64,000 bases of DNA from contig JBKBRF010000016.1 of NCBI GenBank assembly GCA_046292385.1, forward strand, positions 32,001 to 96,000, given 5' to 3'. The notes beneath the pieces are model-generated. The model was not told the origin of the DNA. It saw only the letters and a list, made by a program, of their open reading frames with translations, and searched no databases. Positions 56,078 to 64,000 of this stretch are shown here, piece by piece (within the stretch, counting starts at the first letter, position 1; every line of letters starts with the position of its first letter). This DNA comes from Armatimonadota bacterium (lineage in GTDB: Bacteria; Armatimonadota; SYMT01). A program made the position numbers and the translations under genes.

Positions 56078-56773
56078 TTACCCTCCGTCGCTCACCCGCG
56101 GCAGGTCGGAGCAGTCCCGCGGCGGGACGGCCGGAATCGGCAGCGCGTCTCCGGAGCGATCCGCGGCGGCGGGAACCGGCAGGTCGTGGAGCGACTGCGT
56201 GGCCCGCTCGATCGCCCGTGCCGCTTTCGCCATCTCCCGCCGCTCCGCCCGGCCGGTGAGCCAGTACTCCGCTCGTGCCGTCAGCGGTGGGAGCGCCAGC
56301 CGAAGGGCCAGGGTGGGCGCGGTGCGCGCCAGCTCCGCCAGACCCGCCGCCGCCTGGCAGCGCACCACCACGTCCCGGTCCTCGATCGCCCGGGCCAGTG
56401 CCCGGATGGCGACCGGCTCCGACAGCCTTCGCAGCGTCAGGACGGCGCGCCGGCGCACCTCCACCGAGCCGGTCTCCGCGGCCCGCGCCAGCACGCCGGT
56501 CGCGCCGAGTGCCAGCAGCGCCTCCGCGGAGCGCTCACGGACCAGCGCGTGTCGGTCGTCCAGGGCCTCTTCCAGCGCCGGGACCGCCGCGGGATCTCCA
56601 ATCTGGCCGAGCACCGTGGCGGCCCGCCAGCGAGCCCGGACCGATCCGGTCCGCAGCAGCTCGCAAAGCCCCGGCACCGCCGCGCCGCCGCTCGCCGTCA
56701 GGAGCTCGGCCGCGCGGCTGGCGCGCCACCGGTAGTCGCCCGCAAGCTCCTGCAGCGCTTCGGAGACCGTCAT
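56078..56773 (-). CDS. HEAT-repeat protein
   Basis: HEAT repeats; LPxP tail; ATGA overlap with the upstream paralogue. Confidence 0.85.
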   Translation of the reverse strand: MTVSEALQELAGDYRWRASRAAELLTASGGAAVPGLCELLRTGSVRARWRAATVLGQIGDPAAVPALEEALDDRHALVRERSAEALLALGATGVLARAAETGSVEVRRRAVLTLRRLSEPVAIRALARAIEDRDVVVRCQAAAGLAELARTAPTLALRLALPPLTARAEYWLTGRAERREMAKAARAIERATQSLHDLPVPAAADRSGDALPIPAVPPRDCSDLPRVSDGG

Positions 56774-58170
56774 CCGCGTGCCCCGCCCTCTCCCGGGCCC
56801 GCCGGCCGGGGCAGTCCCTCGGCGAATGCGGGAGCTTCCGCCGGCCGGGGCAGCGTCTCCTCGCTACCCGCCAAGGCCTGCGATGGGATCGGCAGGTCCT
56901 TCAGGCCCGCGGTCCGCGCTTCGATCTCCCGCAGGACCGCCTGGTAGATCTCCCCACCCGGCTCCAGTCCCCAGCGCGTGCGACCGCAGAGCCGCCCCAG
57001 CGCAGGGACGGCGCTGCGCAGCCCCGGCGACGGGCAGTCTCCCGCGAGGCGCAGCAGCGCCGCGGCGGCCCGCTGGCGCGCCTCCGGCAGGTCGTGGGAA
57101 AGGGTCCGGACGATCCCCGGTATCCAGCGCGGCTCATCGTCTCCCAGCTCGACCACCGCCAGCGCGGCGGCACCGGGAGCCCCCGCCGCCGCGGCGAACG
57201 GCCGCAGCCACTCCAGCGCGCGCGCGTCCCCCAGCTTCCCCAGCGCCAGCGCCCCAGCCTCCTGCAGCCGGGTCTCGCTCTCCTGCAGCAGCCGGACCAG
57301 CGCGTCGAGAGCCCGCGGGTCGCCGATCTCCCCGAGGAGGCGGGCGATCTCGGCGCGCACCAGGTCGGGCCCGCCGCCGAGCGATCCGCAGAGGGCGGGC
57401 ACCGCGGGCGAGCCGATGGCGACCAGCGCCCGTCCGGCGAGGGTGGAGGTCATTCCCGCCAGCAGCCCGCGCTCGTGAAGCTGTTCGATCAGCAGCGGCA
57501 CCCCGCGCTCGCCGAAGGAAGCGAGCGCGCTCACTCGCGCTGCCAGCGGGTCCTCGCCCTCTTCCCAGGTGACCCGGCAGAGCACCGGGATCGACTCGAC
57601 GTCTCCGAGCCGCGCCAGCGCCGTCAACGCCGCCTCGCGGTTGACGTAGGGACTGTTCCCGGAGGCCGCCTTGCGGAGCACCGGCACCGCCTCGGCGGCA
57701 CCGAGCCGCCCGAGCGCCTCGATCACCTGGGAGCGGTCGTCGAACTCCCAGCCGCGCATCGCCTGGATCAGCGCGGGCACCGCCGCCGGATCCCCGATCT
57801 TCCCCAGTGCCTCCGCGGCGCGCGGGCGCGTGAAGCGGTCGCCCCGTTTGAGCGCCTGCAGCAGCGCGGGGACGGCCGACGGGTCGCCGAGCTCCCCCAG
57901 CGCCAGCGCCGCCTGTTCCCGCAGGGGCCCTTCCCGGTCGCGGAGCATCCGCGTGAGGGCGGGGACTGACGCGGGGTCGCGGAGCGCGGCGAGCGCGGCC
58001 GCCGCTCCCCAGCGCGTGCTCAGGCCGCCCTTCACCACTGCCTCGCAGAGCGCCGGCACCGCGGCGGGCCCGATCGAGATCAGCTTGCCGACCGCGCGGT
58101 CGCGCCGCCCCGATCCGGGAAAGGCGAGCTCCCCAATCCACTTTTCCAGCTCGTCAGCCGCTGCCGTCAT
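56770..58170 (-). CDS. HEAT-repeat protein
   Basis: GGGAGG RBS, MTAAADELEK start, HEAT repeats; LPxP tail. Confidence 0.88.
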   Translation of the reverse strand: MTAAADELEKWIGELAFPGSGRRDRAVGKLISIGPAAVPALCEAVVKGGLSTRWGAAAALAALRDPASVPALTRMLRDREGPLREQAALALGELGDPSAVPALLQALKRGDRFTRPRAAEALGKIGDPAAVPALIQAMRGWEFDDRSQVIEALGRLGAAEAVPVLRKAASGNSPYVNREAALTALARLGDVESIPVLCRVTWEEGEDPLAARVSALASFGERGVPLLIEQLHERGLLAGMTSTLAGRALVAIGSPAVPALCGSLGGGPDLVRAEIARLLGEIGDPRALDALVRLLQESETRLQEAGALALGKLGDARALEWLRPFAAAAGAPGAAALAVVELGDDEPRWIPGIVRTLSHDLPEARQRAAAALLRLAGDCPSPGLRSAVPALGRLCGRTRWGLEPGGEIYQAVLREIEARTAGLKDLPIPSQALAGSEETLPRPAEAPAFAEGLPRPAGPGEGGARG

Positions 58171-58299
58171 CACCCTCCCGTTCGCCGGCCGGCCGCCGGG
58201 TTCCCCTCTCAGAGGTTCTCTCAGAGGTGGGAACGACTTTCGCGCAGAATCGGTCCGGGAAAGCGGGTAATAGCTTCCGGTGGAGCTGGAGTACGGGAC

Positions 58300-58752
58300 G
58301 TGACGCTGACTTGTGGGATTCTGCCGGCCGTCGAAGATCCGGACGAGGCCGACCTGCTCCGGACGCTGAAGGCGGTGCTCACGACGGACCTGGACGAGGA
58401 CTACCTGATCCTCCAGGCTTCCGAGGAGCCGTGCCGCTACCTGCAGGCGCGCCGGGACTGGACCGACTCGTTCCTGGTGGAATACCGGGACGGCGCTGCC
58501 GGCCGGCATTTCCGCTACAACACCGCCAGCCCGGCGCTGACGCAGTCGCTCTTCCTGAGCTACCTCCGCGGCGACGACCAGTGGCGCACCGCCGTGCTGT
58601 GGCGGGACATCTCCGACGCGTTCGAGGACCTCCGCAGCGAGCGCGCGAAGGAGTTTCGCGAGTCGATGCCGGAGCAGGCGTTCCGGCGTGACCCGCTGCC
58701 GCCCGAGTGGTACCGGGACATGGTCAATCGCGAGGCGTTCGATCCGGAGTGA
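58300..58752 (+). CDS. Hypothetical protein
   Basis: 150-aa ORF with GC3-rich codons. Confidence 0.65.
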   Translation: MTLTCGILPAVEDPDEADLLRTLKAVLTTDLDEDYLILQASEEPCRYLQARRDWTDSFLVEYRDGAAGRHFRYNTASPALTQSLFLSYLRGDDQWRTAVLWRDISDAFEDLRSERAKEFRESMPEQAFRRDPLPPEWYRDMVNREAFDPE

Positions 58753-58784
58753 CCGCCGCTCGGAAGCGGCCAGGAGATACCTCG

Positions 58785-59480
58785 ATGGACGATAACACGC
58801 CGCACCCCTTGAACGTGCCGGGCCCGTTCTACGTGGAGGACGGATGCTGCGTGGCGTGTATGGTGCCTCACCTGATCGCCCCGGATCTGATGGGATTTGA
58901 TGAGGAATCTTCTCATTGCTTCGTCCGACAGCAGCCCTCGAGCCCGGAGGCGGTGACGCGAGCGATCTTCGCGGTCCGGATCTCCGAAGTGGGGTGCCTC
59001 CGGTATGGCGGTACGGATCCCGACATCCTGCGGCGGTTCGCGGAGCTGGGCGAGGCGGGCGCCTGCGACCACGCGCCGCCGCCGGGCGCCGGCTTCGTGC
59101 TGCGCAATCACGTCTCGTTCGAGGCTCCGCCTGGAATGGACCTGGAATCGCTTGCGGAAAGGCTGCGCGGCCGGCTCGCTGCCAACCTGAAGCGCTACTC
59201 CGGGTTCCAGTTGACTCCCGTCACGCAGGAGGGTCCGGAGCTGAGGTTCAGCGTGGCCTGGTTTCAGGGCCAGTTTCGTCCCTACTGGATTGGCCCCGGG
59301 GAGCTGGGCACCCATCGCACGCTCATTCGCCACTCACCGGCCGCTATGCCGGGCAGCGTGTCGATGACCCTGGAGCTGGACGAGTGGCTCAAGTCTGAAC
59401 CTGCGTTCCGCGAGATACGGTGGTATACGGCCGACCAGTGGAAGCGCCAGAGCGACGACTGGCAGCCGCTTCCGTATTGA
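58785..59480 (+). CDS. Ferredoxin-like N-terminal domain protein
   Basis: NVPGPFYVEDGCCVACMVPHLIAPDLM...HCFVRQQP; AGGAG RBS. Confidence 0.7.
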   Translation: MDDNTPHPLNVPGPFYVEDGCCVACMVPHLIAPDLMGFDEESSHCFVRQQPSSPEAVTRAIFAVRISEVGCLRYGGTDPDILRRFAELGEAGACDHAPPPGAGFVLRNHVSFEAPPGMDLESLAERLRGRLAANLKRYSGFQLTPVTQEGPELRFSVAWFQGQFRPYWIGPGELGTHRTLIRHSPAAMPGSVSMTLELDEWLKSEPAFREIRWYTADQWKRQSDDWQPLPY

Positions 59481-59657
59481 GAACACCCTCAATCGTGTTC
59501 GGCGCAGTCAGCCTGCGGTCGCAGCGGTTGCCGGACCTCGCCTCGGGGTGAGAAACTCTGGCGGTGCGGAAGCGTTAAGTGAGCAGCCGGCTTACTATCC
59601 ACCCCGGCACGCCAGTACGGACTTGAAGCGCGCCCCGGCGCATGCTCTATTTCAACC

Positions 59658-60812
59658 ATGCTACGTACGACGGATTCCCCTGGCCAGGAGACGCGCTACG
59701 ACGCGGAGACGGTGCGCAAGGTCACGGCGCTCGCCCAGCAGCTTCAGGATCGGCAGCAGGAGACGCTGACCGCTCGGCAGATCGAGGAGATCGGCGGAGA
59801 AGTGGGGCTGGCGCCGGGGTTCATCCGACAGGCGCTTGCACGGCTGCGCCAGACCCCCGCGGATGAGCTGGAGCGACAGCGCCGGGCCGAGTTCAAGGAG
59901 CTGCTCGCCGCCTGGCTCTTCACAGCCTTCTGGGGCGCCGCCGCCTGGTTTCTCCGATTCGACACCGGCTGGGTAAACGGGTTCACCACCGTGGTGGCGC
60001 CGGCTCCCCTGGCGCTCCTGCTCGGGTTTCTCACCGGCAAAGACCGCGCCGGCGCCTGCGCCGGCCTGGCACTGATGGCGACACTGGCACCCACCTTCCA
60101 TCACGAGTACCTGAGGATGAGTCATGAATTCAACGGCCTGGGGTACGTCGTCTTCGGAGGGCCGGTGGCGGCGATCCTGGGATGGCAGGGCGCCCGGCTC
60201 CGATCCCACTTCTTTCCTCGCAAAGACGCTCCCCGGACTCCGCTGGGTCGAGCGGAGCTACTGGACCTCCTCTTCTCACTCCAGTCCCAGCTTGAGGGGC
60301 AGCGGCAGCGTCGGGCATTTTTGAGTGTAGACGTGGTCGGCTCCACCGCGATGAAGCAGGACGCCACGGACCTGGCGGCGGAGCACTCCTTCAACCGGTA
60401 CCGCGAGTGGGTGGAGGGCATCGTCAGCGGAGAAGGCGGCGAGGTCCAGAGCGCCGCCGGGGACGGGCTGATGGCGATGTTCCCGGATGAGGCGCGGGCG
60501 CTGCGGGCGGCGCGGCAACTGCAGGATGGCCTGGATCGCTTCAACACGGAGAGCAACCGGCTCCCGCGCCCTTTCCGGCTGCGGTGCGGCGTGAGCGCCG
60601 GTGAAGTACCGCTGGAGCCGGGCCGGCCCCTCGGGCACCTGCAGAGCGCCGTCATCGACCGGGCGGCGGTGCTCCAGAAGAGCGCCCGGCCGGGCGAAGT
60701 CGTGGTTGGCGGCGAGGCGGTGGCCGCAGCGCTCCTGGAGCTCGGTGCCGTCACCCCCGCTCCGGGCGCGACTCCTGAGTCGCCCGCGTTTGTCTGGCAC
60801 CGCAGCGCGTAA
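59658..60812 (+). CDS. Membrane protein with C-terminal class III nucleotide cyclase-like domain
   Basis: TM helices; FLSVDVVGST, AGDGLMAMF, LRCGV, IDRAAVLQKSARPGEV. Confidence 0.8.
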   Translation: MLRTTDSPGQETRYDAETVRKVTALAQQLQDRQQETLTARQIEEIGGEVGLAPGFIRQALARLRQTPADELERQRRAEFKELLAAWLFTAFWGAAAWFLRFDTGWVNGFTTVVAPAPLALLLGFLTGKDRAGACAGLALMATLAPTFHHEYLRMSHEFNGLGYVVFGGPVAAILGWQGARLRSHFFPRKDAPRTPLGRAELLDLLFSLQSQLEGQRQRRAFLSVDVVGSTAMKQDATDLAAEHSFNRYREWVEGIVSGEGGEVQSAAGDGLMAMFPDEARALRAARQLQDGLDRFNTESNRLPRPFRLRCGVSAGEVPLEPGRPLGHLQSAVIDRAAVLQKSARPGEVVVGGEAVAAALLELGAVTPAPGATPESPAFVWHRSA

Positions 60813-60854
60813 CAGGCAGGCAGGAAGGACGGGCGGTTTCAACCGCCCGGCAGC

Positions 60855-61364
60855 TTAAACATCCCGGAACGGCGGCGGGTACTCCAGCTCTCCCGCGATC
60901 CCGGCCAGGGTGCCCGGCTCCAGCTCCAGCGCCATGAGGGCTGGGCCGGAGTAGGCGCACCGGAGGGGCTCCGCCAGCCGGGCGGAAAAGCCGAAGCGGG
61001 GGTAGTACTCCGGATGGCCGAGGACCACCACGATCCGGTGGCCCTGCTCCCGGCAGCGGCGCAGCCCCTCCCGGATGAGACGGGAGCCGATCCCCTGCCG
61101 CTGATAGTCCGGCCGAACGGCCACGGGAGCGAGGGCCAGCGCCTCCACCGTGCCGGCAGGCGTGCGGATCGGGAGGCGGCTGAAGAGCAGGTGCCCGACG
61201 ATCTCCCCCGCCGCTTCCGCCACGAGCGAGAGCCGGGTGTACCCGCCCTCTCGGAGCGCGTCGACCAGTCGCCCCTCCGCCTCGCCGCCGAAGGCGAGCC
61301 GGTGCAGCTCCCGGATCTGCGACTTGTCCGCGGCGCTTTCTACTCGGATCTGTGATGGCGGCAC
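60855..61364 (-). CDS. GNAT N-acetyltransferase (YhbS-like)
   Basis: LAPVAVRPDYQRQGIG, VLGHPEYYPRFGF. Confidence 0.92.
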   Translation of the reverse strand: MPPSQIRVESAADKSQIRELHRLAFGGEAEGRLVDALREGGYTRLSLVAEAAGEIVGHLLFSRLPIRTPAGTVEALALAPVAVRPDYQRQGIGSRLIREGLRRCREQGHRIVVVLGHPEYYPRFGFSARLAEPLRCAYSGPALMALELEPGTLAGIAGELEYPPPFRDV

Positions 61365-61490
61365 GGTGTTCTGTGGGCGGGGATCGTAGGGCGTATTAAG
61401 AGCCGCGTTTCGATCGCGTCACGTAGCTCAGACTCTCGCCGGCGCACACGCTCGGCGGCGCCGGCGGCTTTTCCGCCGGCTGCGAGCGCG

Positions 61491-62729
61491 TCAGTGGTCG
61501 TGCGGATGCGGGTGGCGCTCGTAGTGCTGCCGCAGCAGGTCTTTCCCGTAGTCGTTGCCGTTGGGGGTGCGGACCACCGAATGGATATGCTCCCGGTTCG
61601 GCACCTTGGGCAGGTCGCGCAGCGCGATCGGCAGCTGGTGGTCGAACTCGATCAGGATCACCGGGCTCTGCACGCGGTAGTAGAAGACGCTGTCCGGGCC
61701 GGTCCCGCCGATCCAGGCGAACCAGGTGTCGCCGAGGTGCTTCCGGACCTCCGCCATCTTTACCTTCGCGTGACCCTCGGCCATGTTGCCCACGTGCTCT
61801 CCGATCAGCGCCAGCAGCCGCTCCTGCTGGCGGTCCGAGAGCTCCGACGCGCGGATGCCGGCGTAGTCGAGCACCACGTTGTCCTTCCACGCTTCCGAGA
61901 CGTTGTTGTTGCCGGTCTTGGAGACGGAGAGGATCGCCTTCTTCCGCTGCGCTTCGTCGAGCGCGTTGATCAGGGCGAGGCCCTTCGCCTGCTCCGCCTG
62001 CAGCACCGCCGTGCCCTGGTACTTTCCGGAGCGGGCCACGGCCGGCTCGGAGCCGAAGAAGGCGGGCGTCATCACCACCTGGTCACCCAGGACGAAGTAG
62101 TTGATGTTCAGGTGGTGCCCGTCGAGCTGCCAGCCCCAGGGCTCCTTCTCCGACGGCGTGCCCATCACCGTGATCCAGTAGAGCCCCTCGCCGTACTCCT
62201 CCGGGTTGTTCGTCATCTCGCCGAGGGTGTGGTTCAGCCGCATCACGTCGCGCGTCTGGCGCAGCCCCTTGGCGCTGAGCGAGGCTCGCAGCAGACCCAG
62301 GGCCGCTTCGCGCTGCCGCCCGGACATCTCTTTGAAGCTGACGCCCTGCCGCACGTAGAAGTGCTGGTTCATCCACTTCCGCCACTCCGGGTCGTCCACG
62401 GAGAAGGTGGTCCGCTCCCGCTGCTCCGGGGTGAGCGCGCCGAGGAACCCCTCCGCGGCGCGGCGGACCGGCGCGGTAGAGACGCCGGTCGAGCGGATCG
62501 GGAAGAGCCCGGGGAGCACCGTTCCGTCGGTGGTAATCCCCTTGAACGGCTCCGCGAGGCCGCGGGCTTCCGCTTCGCGAGACATCCGCAGGAAGCGGGC
62601 GTCACGATCCTCCGCGATCGGCTGCTGGGAGCGCGCGGCGCCGGCGTAGAGGCCGAGCCCCACCACCACCACGGCGCCCAGCCACAGCGCACGGGCGCGG
62701 CCCTGCAGAAAGCCAGTAAAACGGATCAT
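61491..62729 (-). CDS. DUF3500 family secreted protein
   Basis: [43 protein letters not shown]. Confidence 0.88.
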   Translation of the reverse strand: MIRFTGFLQGRARALWLGAVVVVGLGLYAGAARSQQPIAEDRDARFLRMSREAEARGLAEPFKGITTDGTVLPGLFPIRSTGVSTAPVRRAAEGFLGALTPEQRERTTFSVDDPEWRKWMNQHFYVRQGVSFKEMSGRQREAALGLLRASLSAKGLRQTRDVMRLNHTLGEMTNNPEEYGEGLYWITVMGTPSEKEPWGWQLDGHHLNINYFVLGDQVVMTPAFFGSEPAVARSGKYQGTAVLQAEQAKGLALINALDEAQRKKAILSVSKTGNNNVSEAWKDNVVLDYAGIRASELSDRQQERLLALIGEHVGNMAEGHAKVKMAEVRKHLGDTWFAWIGGTGPDSVFYYRVQSPVILIEFDHQLPIALRDLPKVPNREHIHSVVRTPNGNDYGKDLLRQHYERHPHPHDH

Positions 62730-62902
62730 GCCCCCTCCTCGTCCTGCGAGCGTCGCCACCCGGCGCGATGACTCTGCTCCATCTTAACGCGAGTGCCACG
62801 GAAATCTCATCGCCGCGCCTCCGCGGACGCGCCGCTGTCGGTCCGGCCAGGAGCGTGAAATGGGGTTCGGCGGAAATAAGCTCTTGTCTCGCGAAAATCG
62901 GG

Positions 62903-62933
62903 TTGACTCTCACGTTACGTGATCCCCGAAACT
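62903..62933 (+). promoter_or_regulatory. MerR-type (TipA/Mta-like) promoter-operator
   Basis: TTGACT, 19-bp spacer containing the dyad TCACGT-T-ACGTGA, then GAAACT. Confidence 0.75.
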
Positions 62934-62979
62934 GACCTTCAGCCGCGGGGGCGTGAGGTCCGGAGTGGAGAGAAGACGG

Positions 62980-63843
62980 ATGGCATATACAGTCCGGCAG
63001 GTGGCGGCAATGTCGGGCGTCAGCGTGCGCACGCTTCATTTCTACGATGAAACGGGCCTGCTGAAGCCGGCCTACTGCGGCGACAACGGCTACCGCTACT
63101 ACGAGGAGCCGCAGCTTCTGACTCTCCAGCAGATCCTCTTCTACCGGGAGCTGGGCTTCGAGCTGAAGCAGATCCGGGAAGTCCTGGAGCGGGACGACTT
63201 CGAAAAGATCAGTGCCCTCGAGTCGCACCGGAAGGTGCTTCAGCAGAGCCTCACGCGGACGCGCGAGCTGATCCAAACGATCGATCGGACCATCGATCAC
63301 CTGAAAGGAGCCCACGTCATGAAGGTTGAGGAGCTATTCGCGGGGTTCAGCGTCGCCGCGGGGCAGGACCGCTTCGGCGAGCGCGTCCGTCTCGGGGAAG
63401 ACGGGGAGCCGGTCGACTGCAAGGTGTCGGCGCAGGACACCGACGGAGCGCTGTGCATTCTGGAGATGACCGCCTGCGGCGGTGGTCCTCCGCACCTGCA
63501 CCACGAGCAGGATGAGTGGATCTACGTGCTCGAAGGGGTCTGTCGCTTCGAAGTCGGCGGCGAGCGTTGCTGCCTGACCGCCGGGGAGAGTATCTTCATC
63601 CCGCGCAACACGGCGCACGGCTGGGCCTCGGACGGCTGGAAGGCAGGGCAGCCGGCGCGGATCCTCAACGTCTATCAGCCAGCCGGCACGATCGAGGAGT
63701 TCTTCCGGGAAGTGGGCCGCTGCGAGGACCTCCCGACGCGAGACGACGTGCTGAACAACACCTACCGCGAGGAGCAGGTCAGCACGCTGATCCGCCTGTT
63801 CGAGACCCACGGAATGAAAGTGCTCCCCCCCACTCTCGAGTAG
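62980..63843 (+). CDS. MerR-family regulator fused to a cupin domain
   Basis: YTVRQVAAMSGVSVRTLHFYD, GYRYY; C-terminal PPHLHHEQDEWIYVLEG...FIPRNTAH. Confidence 0.9.
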   Translation: MAYTVRQVAAMSGVSVRTLHFYDETGLLKPAYCGDNGYRYYEEPQLLTLQQILFYRELGFELKQIREVLERDDFEKISALESHRKVLQQSLTRTRELIQTIDRTIDHLKGAHVMKVEELFAGFSVAAGQDRFGERVRLGEDGEPVDCKVSAQDTDGALCILEMTACGGGPPHLHHEQDEWIYVLEGVCRFEVGGERCCLTAGESIFIPRNTAHGWASDGWKAGQPARILNVYQPAGTIEEFFREVGRCEDLPTRDDVLNNTYREEQVSTLIRLFETHGMKVLPPTLE

Positions 63844-63871
63844 GCGCGCCGCGCTCCGGCTCAAAAACGTG

Positions 63872-63901
63872 AAGAGGCCAGCCCGAAAGGGCTGGCCTCT
63901 T
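63872..63901. terminator. Bidirectional terminator hairpin
   Basis: AAGAGGCCAGCCC-GAAA-GGGCTGGCCTCTT between convergent merR-like gene and tRNA. Confidence 0.8.
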
Positions 63902-63904
63902 ACT

Positions 63905-63981
<77 letters not shown>

Positions 63982-64000
63982 TCGTCTTGCCAGCGTTCCT

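Overview
High-GC bacterial chromosomal segment, densely coding. The gene content (prepilin/H-X9-DG protein, DUF1501, CRTAC1, HEAT-repeat paralogues, PQQ-like propellers) suggests Armatimonadota or a similar lineage; this is inference only. Housekeeping genes (pyk, aroC, aat, tRNA-Asn, tRNA-fMet, a sugar ABC transporter) are mixed with an ars operon, a heavy-metal-type two-component system, hicAB and many secreted proteins. Three signals stand out. (1) A heavy-metal-associated (HMA) lipoprotein, truncated in the ORF track, has two in-frame UGA codons exactly where the metal-binding Cys residues belong (GMT-U-PAG-U), followed by a SECIS-like GGUC hairpin. It is probably a double-selenocysteine protein and sits next to a motif-less paralogue. 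(2) Four diverged copies of a ~270-325 bp non-coding element show compensatory base changes. (3) Intergenic cassettes are bounded by inverted arms made of 7-9 nt tandem units. One carries a GxxExxY nuclease-like gene, one with the same arms has no gene, and two enclose copies of the structured element. All family assignments come from motifs recognised by eye; no searches were run.
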